From Eledone cirrhosa (Eukaryota): a stretch of DNA of 64,000 nucleotides. The stretch lies in contig OZ024744.1 of assembly GCA_964016885.1 (NCBI GenBank), positions 1,302,001 to 1,366,000 of the forward strand, read 5' to 3'. This document shows, in pieces, positions 24,946 through 39,045 of the stretch; the first letter of the stretch is position 1; each line of letters opens with the position of its first letter. The translations under genes and the position numbers were made by a program. Below the pieces are notes generated by a model that was given only the letters and a program-made list of their open reading frames with translations, made no database searches and was not told the origin of the DNA.

Positions 24946-27900
24946 AACTTCGTTCTTCACCAAGCTATCTTTCTCTACCTTGTCTTCCCCCAAAACTTCG
25001 TTCTTCACCAAGCTATCTTTCTCTACCTTGTCTTCCCTCAAAACTTCGTTCTTCACCAAGCTATCTTTCTCTAGCTTGTCTTCATACAAAACATCGTTCT
25101 TCACCAAGCTATCTTTCTCTACCTTGTCTTCCCACAAAACGTCATTCTTCACCAAGCTATCTTTCTCTACCTTGTCTTCCGTCAAAACTTCGTTCTTCAC
25201 CAAGATATCTTTCTCTACCTTGTCTTCCCACAAAACGTCGTTCTTCACCAAGCTATCTTTCTCTACCTTGTCTTCCCTCAGAACTCCGTTCTTCACCAAG
25301 CTATCTTTCTCTACCTTGTCTTCCCCCAAAACTTCGTTCTTCACCAAGCTATCTTTCTCTACATTGTCTTCCCCAAAACTTCGTTCTTCACCAAGCTATC
25401 TTTCTCTACCTTGTCTTCCCTCAAAACGTCGTTGTTCACCAAGCTATCTTTCTCTACCTTGTCTTCCCCTAAAACTTCGTTCTTCACCAAGCTATCTTTA
25501 TCTACCTTGTCTTCCCCCAAAACTTCGTTCTTCACCAAGTCATCTTTCTCTACCTTGTCATCCCACAAAACGTCGTTCTTCACCAAGCTATCTTTCTCTA
25601 TTTTGTCTTCCCTCAAAACGTCGTTCTTCACCAAGCTATCTTTCTCTACCTTGTCTTCCCTCAAAATTTCGTTCTTCACCAAGCTATCTTTCTCGACCTT
25701 GTCTTCTCCCAAAACTTCGTTATTCACCAAGCTATCTTTCTCTACCTTGTCTTCCCCCAAAACTTCGTTATTCACCAAGCTATCTTTCGCTACCTTGTCA
25801 TCCCTCAAAACTTCGTTCTTCACCAATCTATCTTTCTCTGCCTTGTCTTCCCCCAAAACTTCGTTCTTCACCAAGCTATCTTTCTCTACCTTGTCTTCAC
25901 ACAAAACTTCGTTCTTCACCAAGCTATCTTTCTCTACCTTGTCTTCCCACAAAACGTCATTCTTCACCAAGCTATCTTTCTCTACCTTGTCTTCCGTCAA
26001 AACTTCGTTCTTCACCAAGATATCTTTCTCTACCTTGTCTTCTCCCAAAACTTCGTTCTTCACCAAGCTATCTTTCTCTACCTTGTCTTCCCTCAGAACT
26101 TCGTTCTTCACCAAGCTATCTTTCTCTACCTTGTCTTCCCCCAAAACTTCGTTCTTCACCAAGCTATCTTTCTCTACATTGTCTTCCCCAAACTTCGTTC
26201 TTCACCAAGCTATCTTTCTCTACCTTGTCTTTCATCAAAACGTCGTTCTTCACCAAGCTCTCTCTCTCTACCTTGTCTTCCCCCAAAACTTCGTTCTTCA
26301 CCAAGCTATCTTTCTCTACCTTGTCTTCCCCCAAAACTTCGTTCTTCACCAAGCTATCTTTTTCTACCTTGTCTTCCCACAAAACTTCGTTCTTCACCAA
26401 GCTATCTTTCTCTACCTTGTCTTCCCTCAAAACGTCGTTCTTCACCAAGCTATCTTTTTCTACCTTGTCTTCCCTCAAAACATCGTTCTTCACCAAGCTA
26501 TCTTTCTCTACCTTGTCTTCCCTCAAAACTTCGTTCTTCACCAAGCTATCTTTCTCTACCTTGTCTTCCCTCAAAACGTCGTTCTTCACCAAGCTATCTT
26601 TCTCTACCTTCTCTTCCCCCAAAACATCGTTCTTCACCAAGCTATCTTTCTCTACCTTGTCTTCCCCCAAAACTTCGTTCTTCGCAAGCTATCTTTCTCT
26701 ACCTTGTCTTCCCCCAAAACTTCGTTCTTCACCAAGCTATCTTTCTCTACCTTGTCTTCCCACAAAACGTCGTTCTTCACCAAGCTATCTTCCTCTACCT
26801 TGTCTTCCCTCAAAACGTCGTTCTTCACCAAGCTATCTTTCTCTACCTTGTCTTCCCTCAAAACATCGTTCTTCACCAAGCTATCTTTCTCTACCTTGTC
26901 TTCTCCCAAAACTTCGTTATTCACCAAGCTATCTTTCTCTACCTTGTCTTCCCCCAAAACTTCGTTGTTCACCAAGCTATCTTTCTCTACCTCGTCTTCC
27001 CCCAAAACTTCGTTCTTCACCAAGCTATCTTTCTCTACCTTGTCTTCCCCCAAAACTTCGTTCTTCACCAAGCTATCTTTCTCTACCTTGTCTTCCCACA
27101 AAACTTCGTTCTTCACCAAGCTATCTTTCTCTACCTTGTCTTCCCACAAAACTTCGTTCTTCACCAAGCTATCTTTCTCTACCTTGTCTTCCCACAAAAC
27201 GTCATTCTTCACCAAGCTATCTTTCTCTACCTTGTCTTCCGTCAAAACTTCGTTCTTCACCAAGATATCTTTCTCTACATTGTCTTCCCCAAAACTTCGT
27301 TCCTCACCAAGCTATCTTTCTCTACCTTGTCTTCCCTCAAAAAGTCGTTCTTCACCAAGCTATCTTTCTCTACCTTGTCTTCTCCCAAATCTTCGTTATT
27401 CACCAAGCTATCTTTCTCTACCTTGTCTTCCCTCAAACCTTCGTTCTTCACCAAGCTATCTTTCTCTACCTTGTCTTCCCCCAAAACTTCGTTCTTCACC
27501 AAGCTATCTTTCTCTACATTGTCTTCCCCAAAACTTCGTTCTTCACCAAGCTATCTTTCTCTACCTTGTCTTCCTCCAAAACTTCGTTGTTCACCAAGCT
27601 ATCTTTCTCTACCTCGTCTTCCCCCAAAACTTCGTTCTTCACCAAGCTATCTTTCTCTACCTTGTCTTCCCCCAAAACTTCGTTCTTCACCAAGCTATCT
27701 TTCTCTACCTTGTCTTCCCACAAAACTTCGTTCTTCACCAAGCTATCTTTCTCTACCTTGTCTTCCCACAAAACGTCGTTCTTCACCAAGCTATCTTTCT
27801 CTACCTTGTCTTCCCTCAAAACTTCGTTCTTCACCAAGCTATCTTTTTCGACCTTATCTTCCCCAAAACTTCGTTATTCACCAAGCTATCTTTCTCTACC

Positions 27901-28440
27901 TTGTCTTCCCTCAAAACTTCGTTCTTCACCAAGCTATCTTTCTCTACCTTGTCTTCCCACAAAACGTCATTCTTCACCAAGCTATCTTTCTCTACCTTGT
28001 CTTCCTTCAAAACTTCGTTCTTCACCAAGCTATCTTTCTCTACCTTGTCTTCCCTCAAAACGTCGTTCTTCACCAAGCTATCTTTCTCTACCTTGTCCTC
28101 CCACAAAACTTCGTTCTTCACCAAGCTATCTTTCTCTACCTTGTCTTCCCCCAAAACATCGTTCTTCGCAAGCTATCTTTCTCTACCTTGTCTTCCGTCA
28201 AAACTTCGTTCTTCACCAAGATATCTTTCTCTACCTTGTCTTCCCACAATACGTCATTCTTCACCAAGCTATCTTTCTCTACCTTGTCTTCCCTCAGAAC
28301 TCCGTTCTTCACCAAGCTATCTTTCTCTACCTTGTCTTCCCCCAAAACTTCGTTCTTCACCAAGCTATCTTTCTCTACATTGTCTTCCCCAAAACTTCGT
28401 TCTTCACCAAGCTATCTTTCTCTACCTTGTCTTCCCTCAA
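15714..28440. repeat. Imperfect ~4.5-kb higher-order repeat (~93-96 monomers), about 3 consecutive copies
   Basis: ORF-start offsets are 4550 (15714/20264, 16355/20905), 4597 (18225/22822, 19325/23922) and 4453-4454 (20905/25359, 22822/27275). Related copies lie at ~5180-9660, ~54770-59200 and ~59367-63600. Confidence 0.85.
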
Positions 28441-30399
28441 AATTTCGTTCTTCACCAAGCTATCTTTCTCGACCTTGTCTTCTCCCAAAACTTCGTTATT
28501 CACCAAGCTATCTTTCTCTACCTTGTCTTCCCCCAAAACTTCGTTCTTCACCAAGCTATCTTTCTCTACATTGTCTTCCCCAAAACTTCGTTCTTCACCA
28601 AGCTATCTTTCTCTACCTTGTCTTCCCTCAAAACGTCGTTCTTCACCAAGCTATCTTTCTCTACCTTGTCTTCCCCCAAAACTTCGTTCTTCACCAAGCT
28701 ATCTTTCTCTACATTGTCTTCCCCAAAACTTCGTTCTTCACCAAGCTATCTTTCTCTACCTTGTCTTCCCTCAAAACGTCGTTCTTCACCAAGCTATCTT
28801 TCTCTACCTTGTCTTCCCCCAAAACTTCGTTCTTCACCAAGCTATCTTTATCTACCTTGTCTTCCCCCAAAACTTCGTTCTTCACCAAGTCATCTTTCTC
28901 TACCTTGTCATCCCACAAAACGTCGTTCTTCACCAAGCTATCTTTCTCTATTTTGTCTTCCCTCAAAACGTCGTTCTTCACCAAGCTATCTTTCTCTACC
29001 TTGTCTTCCCTCAAAATTTCGTTCTTCACCAAGCTATCTTTCTCGACCTTGTCTTCTCCCAAAACTTCGTTATTCACCAAGCTATCTTTCTCTACCTTGT
29101 CTTCCCCCAAAACTTCGTTATTCACCAAGCTATCTTTCGCTACCTTGTCTTCCCTCAAAACTTCGTTCTTCACCAAGCTATCTTTCTCTACCTTGTCTTC
29201 CCCCAAAACTTCGTTCTTCACCAAGCTATCTTTCTCTACCTTGTCTTCCCTCAAAACTTCGTTCTTCACCAAGCTATCTTTTTCGACCTTGTCTTCCCCC
29301 AAAACTTCGTTATTCACCAAGCTATCTTTCTCTACCTTGTCTTCCCTCAAAACTTCGTTCTTCACCAAGCTATCTTTCTCTACCTTGTCTTCCCACAAAA
29401 CGTCATTCTTCACCAAGCTATCTTTCTCTACCTTGTCTTCCTTCAAAACTTCGTTCTTCACCAAGCTATCTTTCTCTACCTTGTCTTCCCTCAAAACGTC
29501 GTTCTTCACCAAGCTATCTTTCTCTACCTTGTCTTCCCCAAAACTTCGTTCTTCACCAAGCTATCTTTCTCTACATTGTCTTCCCCAAAACTTCGTTCTT
29601 CACCAAGCTATCTTTCTCTACCTTGTCTTCCCCCAAAACTTCGTTGTTCACCAAGCTATCTTTCTCTACCTCGTCTTCCCCCAAAACTTCGTTCTTCACC
29701 AAGCTATCTTTCTCTACCTTGTCTTCCCCCAAAACTTCGTTCTTCACCAAGCTATCTTTCTCTACCTTGTCCTCCCACAAAACTTCGTTCTTCACCAAGC
29801 TATCTTTCTCTACTTTGTCTTCCCTCAAAACTTCGTTCTTCACCAAGCTATCTTTCTCTACCTTGTCTTCCCCCAAAACTTCGTTCTTCACCAAGCTATC
29901 TTTCTCTACCTTGTCTTCCCACAAAACGTCGTTCTTCACCAAGCTATCTTTCTCTACCTTGTCTTCCCTCAAAACTTCGTTCTTCACCAAGCTATCTTTC
30001 TCTACCTTGTCTTCCCCCAAAACTTCGTTCTTCACCAAGCTATCTTTCTCTACCTTGTCTTCCCTCAAAACTTCGTTCTTCACCAAGCTATCTTTTTCGA
30101 CCTTGTCTTCCCCCAAAACTTCGTTATTCACCAAGCTATCTTTCTCTACCTTGTCTTCCCTCAAAACTTCGTTCTTCACCAAGCTATCTTTCTCTACCTT
30201 GTCTTCCCACAAAACGTCATTCTTCACCAAGCTATCTTTCTCTACCTTGTCTTCCTTCAAAACTTCGTTCTTCACCAAGCTATCTTTCTCTACCTTGTCT
30301 TCCCTCAAAACGTCGTTCTTCACCAAGCTATCTTTCTCTACCTTGTCCTCCCACAAAACTTCGTTCTTCACCAAGCTATCTTTCTCTACCTTGTCTTCC

Positions 30400-32505
30400 C
30401 CCAAAACTTCGTTCTTCGCAAGCTATCTTTCTCTACCTTGTCTTCCGTCAAAACTTCGTTCTTCACCAAGATATCTTTCTCTACCTTGTCTTCCCACAAA
30501 ACGTCGTTCTTCACCAAGCTATCTTTCTCTACCTTGTCTTCCCTCAGAACTTCGTTCTTCACCAAGCTATCTTTCTCTACCTTGTCTTCCCCCAAAACTT
30601 CGTTCTTCACCAAGCTATCTTTCTCTACATTGTCTTCCCCAAAACTTCGTTCTTCACCAAGCTATCTTTCTCTACCTTGTCTTCCCTCAAAACGTCGTTC
30701 TTCACCAAGCTATCTTTCTCTACCTTGTCTTCCCCCAAAACTTCGTTCTTCACCAAGCTATCTTTATCTACCTTGTCTTCCCCCAAAACTTCGTTCTTCA
30801 CCAAGTCATCTTTCTCTACCTTGTCATCCCACAAAATGTCGTTCTTCACCAAGCTATCTTTCTCTATTTTGTCTTCCCTCAAAACGTCGTTCTTCACCAA
30901 GCTATCTTTCTCTACCTTGTCTTGCCTCAAAATTTCGTTCTTCACCAAGCTATCTTTCTCGACCTTGTCTTCTCCCAAAACTTCGTTATTCACCAAGCTA
31001 TCTTTCTCTACCTTGTCTTCCCCCAAAACTTCGTTATTCACCAAGCTATCTTTCGCTACCTTGTCTTCCCTCAAAACTTCGTTCTTCACCAAGCTATCTT
31101 TCTCTACCTTGTCTTCCCCCAAAACTTCGTTCTTCACCAAGCTATCTTTCTCTACCTTGTCTTCTCCCAAAACTTCGTTATTCACCAATCTATCTTTCTC
31201 TACCTTGTCTTCCCTCAAAACTTCGTTCTTCACCAAGCTATCTTTCTCTAGATTGTCTTCACACAAAACTTCGTTCTTCACCAAGCTATCTTTCTCTACC
31301 TTGTCTTCCCACAAAACGTCATTCTTCACCAAGCTATCTTTCTCTACCTTGTCTTCCGTCAAAACTTCGTTCTTCACCAAGATATCTTTCTCTACCTTGT
31401 CTCCTCCCAAAACTTCGTTCTTCACCAAGCTATCTTTCTCTACCTTGTCTTCCCCCAAAACTCCGTTCTTCGCAAGCTATCTTTCTCTACCTTGTCTTCC
31501 GTCAAAACTTCGTTCTTCACCAAGATATCTTTCTCTACCTTGTCTTCCCACAAAACGTCGTTCTTCACCAAGCTATCTTTCTCTACCTTGTCTTCCCTCA
31601 GAACTTCGTTCTTCACCAAGCTATCTTTCTCTACCTTGTCTTCCCCCAAAACTTCGTTCTTCACCAAGCTATCTTTCTCTACATTGTCTTCCCCAAAACT
31701 TCGTTCTTCACCAAGCTATCTTTCTCTACCTTGTCTTCCCTCAAAACGTCGTTCTTCACCAAGCTATCTTTCTCTACCTTGTCTTCCCCCAAAACTTCGT
31801 TCTTCACCAAGCTATCTTTATCTACCTTGTCTTCCCCCAAAACTTCGTTCTTCACCAAGTCATCTTTCTCTACCTTGTCATCCCACAAAACGTCGTTCTT
31901 CACCAAGCTATCTTTCTCTATTTTGTCTTCCCTCAAAACGTCGTTCTTCACCAAGCTATCTTTCTCTACCTTGTCTTCCCTCAAAATTTCGTTCTTCACC
32001 AAGCTATCTTTCTCGACCTTGTCTTCTCCCAAAACTTCGTTATTCACCAAGCTATCTTTCTCTACCTTGTCTTCCCCCAAAACTTCGTTATTCACCAAGC
32101 TATCTTTCGCTACCTTGTCTTCCCTCAAAACTTCGTTCTTCACCAAGCTATCTTTCTCTACCTTGTCTTCCCCCAAAACTTCGTTCTTCACCAAGCTATC
32201 TTTCTCTACCTTGTCTTCTCCCAAAACCTCGTTATTCACCAAGCTATCTTTCTCTACCTTGTCTTCCCTCAAAACTTCGTTCTTCACCAAGCTATCTTTC
32301 TCTAGATTGTCTTCACACAAAACTTCGTTCTTCACCAAGCTATCTTTCTCTACCTTGTCTTCCCACAAAACGTCATTCTTCACCAAGCTATCTTTCTCTA
32401 CCTTGTCTTCCGTCAAAACTTCGTTCTTCACCAAGATATCTTTCTCTACCTTGTCTCCTCCCAAAACTTCGTTCTTCACCAAGCTATCTTTCTCTACCTT
32501 GTCTT
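30400..32505. repeat. Tandem duplication, 1054-bp unit (22 monomers) x2
   Basis: Offset 1054 (30386/31440, 30625/31679). Private markers tctagattg ~31247/32301 and tctcctccc ~31400/32454. 1054 = 22x48-2. Confidence 0.9.
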
Positions 32506-33764
32506 CCCTCAGAACTTCGTTCTTCACCAAGTTATCTTTCTCTACCTTGTCTTCCCCCAAAACTTCGTTCTTCACCAAGCTATCTTTCTCTACATTGTCT
32601 TCCCAAAAACTTCGTTCTTCACCAAGCCATCTTTCACGACCTTGTCTTCCCTCAAAACGTCGTTCTTCACCAAGCTATCTTTCTCTACCTCGTCTTCCCT
32701 CAAAACTTCGTTCTTCACCAAGCTATCTTTCTCTACTTTGTCTTCCCCCAAAACTTTGTTCTTCACCAAGCTATCTTTCTCTACCTTGTCTTCCCCCAAA
32801 ACTTCGTTCTTCACCAAGCTATCTTTCTCTACCTTGTCTTCCCCTAAAACTTCGTTCTTCACCAAGCTATCTTTCTCTAGCTTGTCTTCATACAAAACTT
32901 CGTTCTTCACCAAGCTATCTTTCTCTACCTTGTCTTCCCACAAAACGTCATTCTTCACCAAGCTATCTTTCTCTACCTTGTCTTCCGTCAAAACTTCGTT
33001 CTTCACCAAGCTATCTTTCTCTAACTTGTCTTCCCTCAAAACGTCGTTCTTCACCAAGCTATCTTTCTCTACCTTGTCTTCCCCCAAAACTTCGTTCTTC
33101 ACCAAGCTATCTTTCTCTACCTTGTCTTCCCCCAAAACTTCGTTCTTCGCAAGCTATCTTTCTCTACCTTGCCTTCCCCCAAAACTTCGTTCTTCACCAA
33201 GCTATCTTTCTCTACCTTGTCTTCCCACAAAACGTCGTTCTTCACCAAGCTATCTTTCTCTACCTTGTCTTCCCTCAAAACGTCGTTCTTCACCAAGCTA
33301 TCTTTCTCTACCTTGTCTTCCCTCAAAACATCGTTCTTCACCAAGCTATCTTTCTCTACCTTGTCTTCTCCCAAAACTTCGTTATTCACCAAGCTATCTT
33401 TCTCTACCTTGTCTTCCCTCAAAACTTCGTTCTTCACCAAGCTATCTTTCTCTACCTTGTCTTCCCCCAAAACTTCGTTCTTCACCAAGCTATCTTTCTC
33501 TACCTTGTCTTCCCCCAAAACTTCGTTCTTCACCAAGCTATCTTTCTCTAGCTTGTCTTCACACAAAACTTCGTTCTTCACCAAGCTATCTTTCTCTACC
33601 TTGTCTTCCCACAAAACGTCATTCTTCACCAAGCTATCTTTCTCTACCTTGTCTTCCGTCGAAACTTCGTTCTTCACCAAGATATCTTTCTCTACCTTGT
33701 TTTCTCCCAAAACTTCGTTCTTCACCAAGCTATCTTTCTCTACCTTGTCTTCCCTCAGAACTTC

Positions 33765-36700
33765 GTTCTTCACCAAGCTATCTTTCTCTACCTTGTCTTC
33801 CCTCAAAACGTCGTTCTTCACCAAGCTATCTTTCTCTACCTTGTCTTCCCTCAAAACATCGTTCTTCACCAAGCTATCTTTCTCTACCTTGTCTTCTCCC
33901 AAAACTTCGTTATTCACCAAGCTATCTTTCTCTACCTTGTCTTCCCCCAAAACTTCGTTCTTCACCAAGCTATCTTTCTCTACCTTGTCTTCCCCCAAAA
34001 CTTCGTTCTTCACCAAGCTATCTTTCTCTACCTTGTCTTCCCCCAAAACTTCTTTCTACACCAAGTCATCTTTCTCTACCTTGTCATCCCTCAAAACTTC
34101 GTTCTTCACCAATCTATCTTTCTCTGCCTTGTCTTCCCCCAAAACTTCGTTCTTCACCAAGCTATCTTTCTCTACCTTGTCTTCACACAAAACTTCGTTC
34201 TTCACCAAGCTATCTTTCTCTACCTTGTCTTCCCACAAAACGTCATTCTTCACCAAGCTATCTTTCTCTACCTTGTCTTCCGTCAAAACTTCGTTCTTCA
34301 CCAAGATATCTTTCTCTACCTTGTCTTCTCCCAAAACTTCGTTCTTCACCAAGCTATCTTTCTCTACCTTGTCTTCCCTCAGAACTTCGTTCTTCACCAA
34401 GCTATCTTTCTCTACCTTGTCTTCCCCCAAAACTTCGTTCTTCACCAAGCTATCTTTCTCTACCTTGTCTTTCATCAAAACGTCGTTCTTCACCAAGCTC
34501 TCTTTCTCTACCTTGTCTTCCCCCAAAACTTCGTTCTTCACCAAGCTATCTTTTTCTACCTTGTCTTCCCTCAAAACATCGTTCTTCACCAAGCTATCTT
34601 TCTCTACCTTGTCTTCCCTCAAAACTTCGTTCTCCACCAAGCTATCTTTCTCTACCTTGTCTTCCCCCAAAACTTCGTTCTTCACCAAGCTATCTTTCTC
34701 TACCTTGTCTTCTCCCAAAACTTCGTTATTCACCAAGCTATCTTTCTCTACCTTGTCTTCCCTCAAAACTTCGTTCTTCACCAAGCTATCTTTCTCTACC
34801 TTGTCTTCCCCCAAAACTTCGTTCTTCACCAAGTCATCTTTCTCTACCTTGTCATCCCTCAAAACTTTGTTCTTCACCAATCTATCTTTCTCTACCTTGT
34901 CTTCCCCCAAAACTTCGTTCTTCACCAAGCTATCTTTCTCTAGCTTGTCTTCACACAAAACTTCGTTCTTCACCAAGATATCTTTCTCTACCTTGTCTTC
35001 TCCCAAAACTTCGTTCTTCACCAAGCTATCTTTCTCTACCTTGCCTTCCCTCAGAACTTCGTTCTTCAACAAGCTATCTTTCTCTACCTTGTCTTCCCCC
35101 AAAACTTCGTTCTTCACCAAGCTATCTTTCTCTACATTGTCTTCCCCAAAACTTCGTTCTTCACCAAGCTATCTTTCTCTACCTTGTCTCCCCTCAAAAA
35201 TTCGTTCTTCACCAAGCTATCTTTCTCTACCTTGTCTTCCCCCAAAACTTCGTTCTTCACCAAGCTATCTTTCTCTACCTTGTCTTCCCACAAAACTTCG
35301 TTCTTCACCAAGCTATCTTTCTCTACCTTGTCTTCCCACAAAACGTCGTTCTTCACCAAGCTATCTTTCTCTACCTTGTCTTCCCACAAAACGTCATTCT
35401 TCACCAAGCTATCTTTCTCTACCTTGTCTTCCGTCAAAACTTCGTTCTTCACCAAGCTATCTTTCTCTACCTTGTCTTCCCCCAAAACTTCCTTGTTCAC
35501 CAAGCTATCTTTCTCTACCTCGTCTTCCCCCAAAACTTCGTTCTTCACCAAGCTATCTTTCTCTACCTTGTCTTCCCCCAAAACTTCGTTCTTCACCAAG
35601 CTATCTTTCTCTACCTTGTCTTCCCACAAAACTTCGTTCTTCACCAAGCTATCTTTCTCTACCTTGTCTTCCCACAAAACGTCGTTCTTCACCAAGCTAT
35701 CTTTCTCTACTTTGTCTTCCCTCAAAACTTCGTTCTTCACCAAGCTATCTTTCTCTACCTTGTCTTCCCCCAAAACTTCGTTCTTCACCAAGCTATCTTT
35801 CTCTACCTTGTCTTCCCTCAAAACTTCGTTCTTCACCAAGCTATCTTTTTCGACCTTGTCTTCCCCCAAAACTTCGTTATTCACCAAGCTATGTTTCTCT
35901 ACCTCGTCTTCCCCCAAAACTTCGTTCTTCACCAAGCTATCTTTCTCTACCTTGTCTTCCCCCAAAACTTCGTTCTTCACCAAGCTATCTTTCACGACCT
36001 TGTCTTCCCTCAAAACGTCGTTCTTCACCAAGCTATCTTTCTCTACCTTGTCTTCCCCCAAAACTTCGTTCTTCACCAAGCTATCTTTCTCTACCTTGTC
36101 TTCCCCCAAAACTTCGTTCTTCACCAAGCTATCTTTCTCTACCTCGTCTTCCCTCAAAACTTCGTTCTTCACCAAGCTATCTTTCTCTACCTTGTCTTCC
36201 CCCAAAACTTTGTTCTTCACCAAGCTATCTTTCTCTACATTGTCTTCCCCCAAAACTTCGTTCTTCACCAAGCCATCTTTCTCTACCTTGTCTTCCCCTA
36301 AAACTTCGTTCTTCACCAAGCTATCTTTCTCTAGCTTGTCTTCATACAAAACTTCGTTCTTCACTAAGCTATCTTTCTCTACCTTGTCTTCCCACACAAC
36401 GTCATTCTTCACCAAGCTATCTTTCTCTACCTTGTCTTCCGTCAAAACTTCGTTCTTCACCAAGCTATCTTTCTCTAACTTGTCTTCCCTCAAAACGTCG
36501 TTCTTCACCAAGCTATCTTTCTCTACCTTGTCTTCCCTCAAAACGTCGTTCTTCACCAAGCTATCTTTCTCTACCTTGTCTTCCCTCAAAACATCGTTCT
36601 TCACCAAGCTATCTTTCTCTACCTTGTCTTCTCCCAAAACTTCGTTATTCACCAAGCTATCTTTCTCTACCTTGTCTTCCCCCAAAACTTCGTTCTTCAC

Positions 36701-38830
36701 CAAGCTATCTTTCTCTACCTTGTCTTCCCCCAAAACTTCGTTCTTCACCAAGCTATCTTTCTCTACCTTGTCTTCCCCCAAAACTTCTTTCTACACCAAG
36801 TCATCTTTCTCTACCTTGTCATCCCTCAAAACTTCGTTCTTCACCAATCTATCTTTCTCTGCCTTGTCTTCCCCCAAAACTTCGTTCTTCACCAAGCTAT
36901 CTTTCTCTACCTTGTCTTCACACAAAACTTCGTTCTTCACCAAGCTATCTTTCTCTACCTTGTCTTCCCACAAAACGTCATTCTTCACCAAGCTATCTTT
37001 CTCTACCTTGTCTTCCGTCAAAACTTCGTTCTTCACCAAGATATCTTTCTCTACCTTGTCTTCTCCCAAAACTTCGTTCTTCACCAAGCTATCTTTCTCT
37101 ACCTTGTCTTCCCTCAGAACTTCGTTCTTCACCAAGCTATCTTTCTCTACCTTGTCTTCCCCCAAAACTTCGTTCTTCACCAAGCTATCTTTCTCTACCT
37201 TGTCTTTCATCAAAACGTCGTTCTTCACCAAGCTCTCTTTCTCTACCTTGTCTTCCCCCAAAACTTCGTTCTTCACCAAGCTATCTTTTTCTACCTTGTC
37301 TTCCCTCAAAACATCGTTCTTCACCAAGCTATCTTTCTCTACCTTGTCTTCCCTCAAAACTTCGTTCTTCACCAAGCTATCTTTCTCTACCTTGTCTTCC
37401 CCCAAAACTTCGTTCTTCACCAAGCTATCTTTCTCTACCTTGTCTTCTCCCAAAACTTCGTTATTCACCAAGCTATCTTTCTCTACCTTGTCTTCCCTCA
37501 AAACTTCGTTCTTCACCAAGCTATCTTTCTCTACCTTGTCTTCCCCCAAAACTTCGTTCTTCACCAAGTCATCTTTCTCTACCTTGTCATCCCTCAAAAC
37601 TTTGTTCTTCACCAATCTATCTTTCTCTACCTTGTCTTCCCCCAAAACTTCGTTCTTCACCAAGCTATCTTTCTCTAGCTTGTCTTCACACAAAACTTCG
37701 TTCTTCACCAAGATATCTTTCTCTACCTTGTCTTCTCCCAAAACTTCGTTCTTCACCAAGCTATCTTTCTCTACCTTGCCTTCCCTCAGAACTTCGTTCT
37801 TCAACAAGCTATCTTTCTCTACCTTGTCTTCCCCCAAAACTTCGTTCTTCACCAAGCTATCTTTCTCTACATTGTCTTCCCCAAAACTTCGTTCTTCACC
37901 AAGCTATCTTTCTCTACCTTGTCTCCCCTCAAAAATTCGTTCTTCACCAAGCTATCTTTCTCTACCTTGTCTTCCCCCAAAACTTCGTTCTTCACCAAGC
38001 TATCTTTCTCTACCTCGTCTTCCCCCAAAACTTCGTTCTTCACCAAGCTATCTTTCTCTACCTTGTCTTCCCCCAAAACTTCGTTCTTCACCAAGCTATC
38101 TTTCTCTACCTTGTCTTCCCACAAAACTTCGTTCTTCACCAAGCTATCTTTTTCGACCTTGTCTTCCCCCAAAACTTCGTTATTCACCAAGCTATGTTTC
38201 TCTACCTCGTCTTCCCCCAAAACTTCGTTCTTCACCAAGCTATCTTTCTCTACCTTGTCTTCCCCCAAAACTTCGTTCTTCACCAAGCTATCTTTCACGA
38301 CCTTGTCTTCCCTCAAAACGTCGTTCTTCACCAAGCTATCTTTCTCTACCTTGTCTTCCCCCAAAACTTCGTTCTTCACCAAGCTATCTTTCTCTACCTT
38401 GTCTTCCCCCAAAACTTCGTTCTTCACCAAGCTATCTTTCTCTACCTCGTCTTCCCTCAAAACTTCGTTCTTCACCAAGCTATCTTTCTCTACCTTGTCT
38501 TCCCCCAAAACTTTGTTCTTCACCAAGCTATCTTTCTCTACATTGTCTTCCCCCAAAACTTCGTTCTTCACCAAGCCATCTTTCTCTACCTTGTCTTCCC
38601 CTAAAACTTCGTTCTTCACCAAGCTATCTTTCTCTAGCTTGTCTTCATACAAAACTTCGTTCTTCACTAAGCTATCTTTCTCTACCTTGTCTTCCCACAC
38701 AACGTCATTCTTCACCAAGCTATCTTTCTCTACCTTGTCTTCCGTCAAAACTTCGTTCTTCACCAAGCTATCTTTCTCTAACTTGTCTTCCCTCAAAACG
38801 TCGTTCTTCACCAAGCTATCTTTCTCTACC
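33765..38830. repeat. Tandem duplication, 2735-bp unit (57 monomers); second copy nine monomers shorter
   Basis: Offset 2735 (34056/36791, 35132/37867), then 2303 (ctatgttt ~35889/38192, cactaag ~36362/38665). 2735-2303 = 432 = 9x48. Confidence 0.88.
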
Positions 38831-39045
38831 TTGTCTTCCCCCAAAACTTCGTTCTTCACCAAGCTATCTTTCTCTACCTTGTCTTCCCCCAAAACTTCGT
38901 TCTTCGCAAGCTATCTTTCTCTACCTTGCCTTCCCCCAAAACTTCGTTCTTCACCAAGCTATCTTTCTCTACCTTGTCTTCTCCCAAAACTTCGTTATTC
39001 ACCAAGCTATCTTTCTCTACCTTGTCTTCCCCCAAAACTTCGTTA

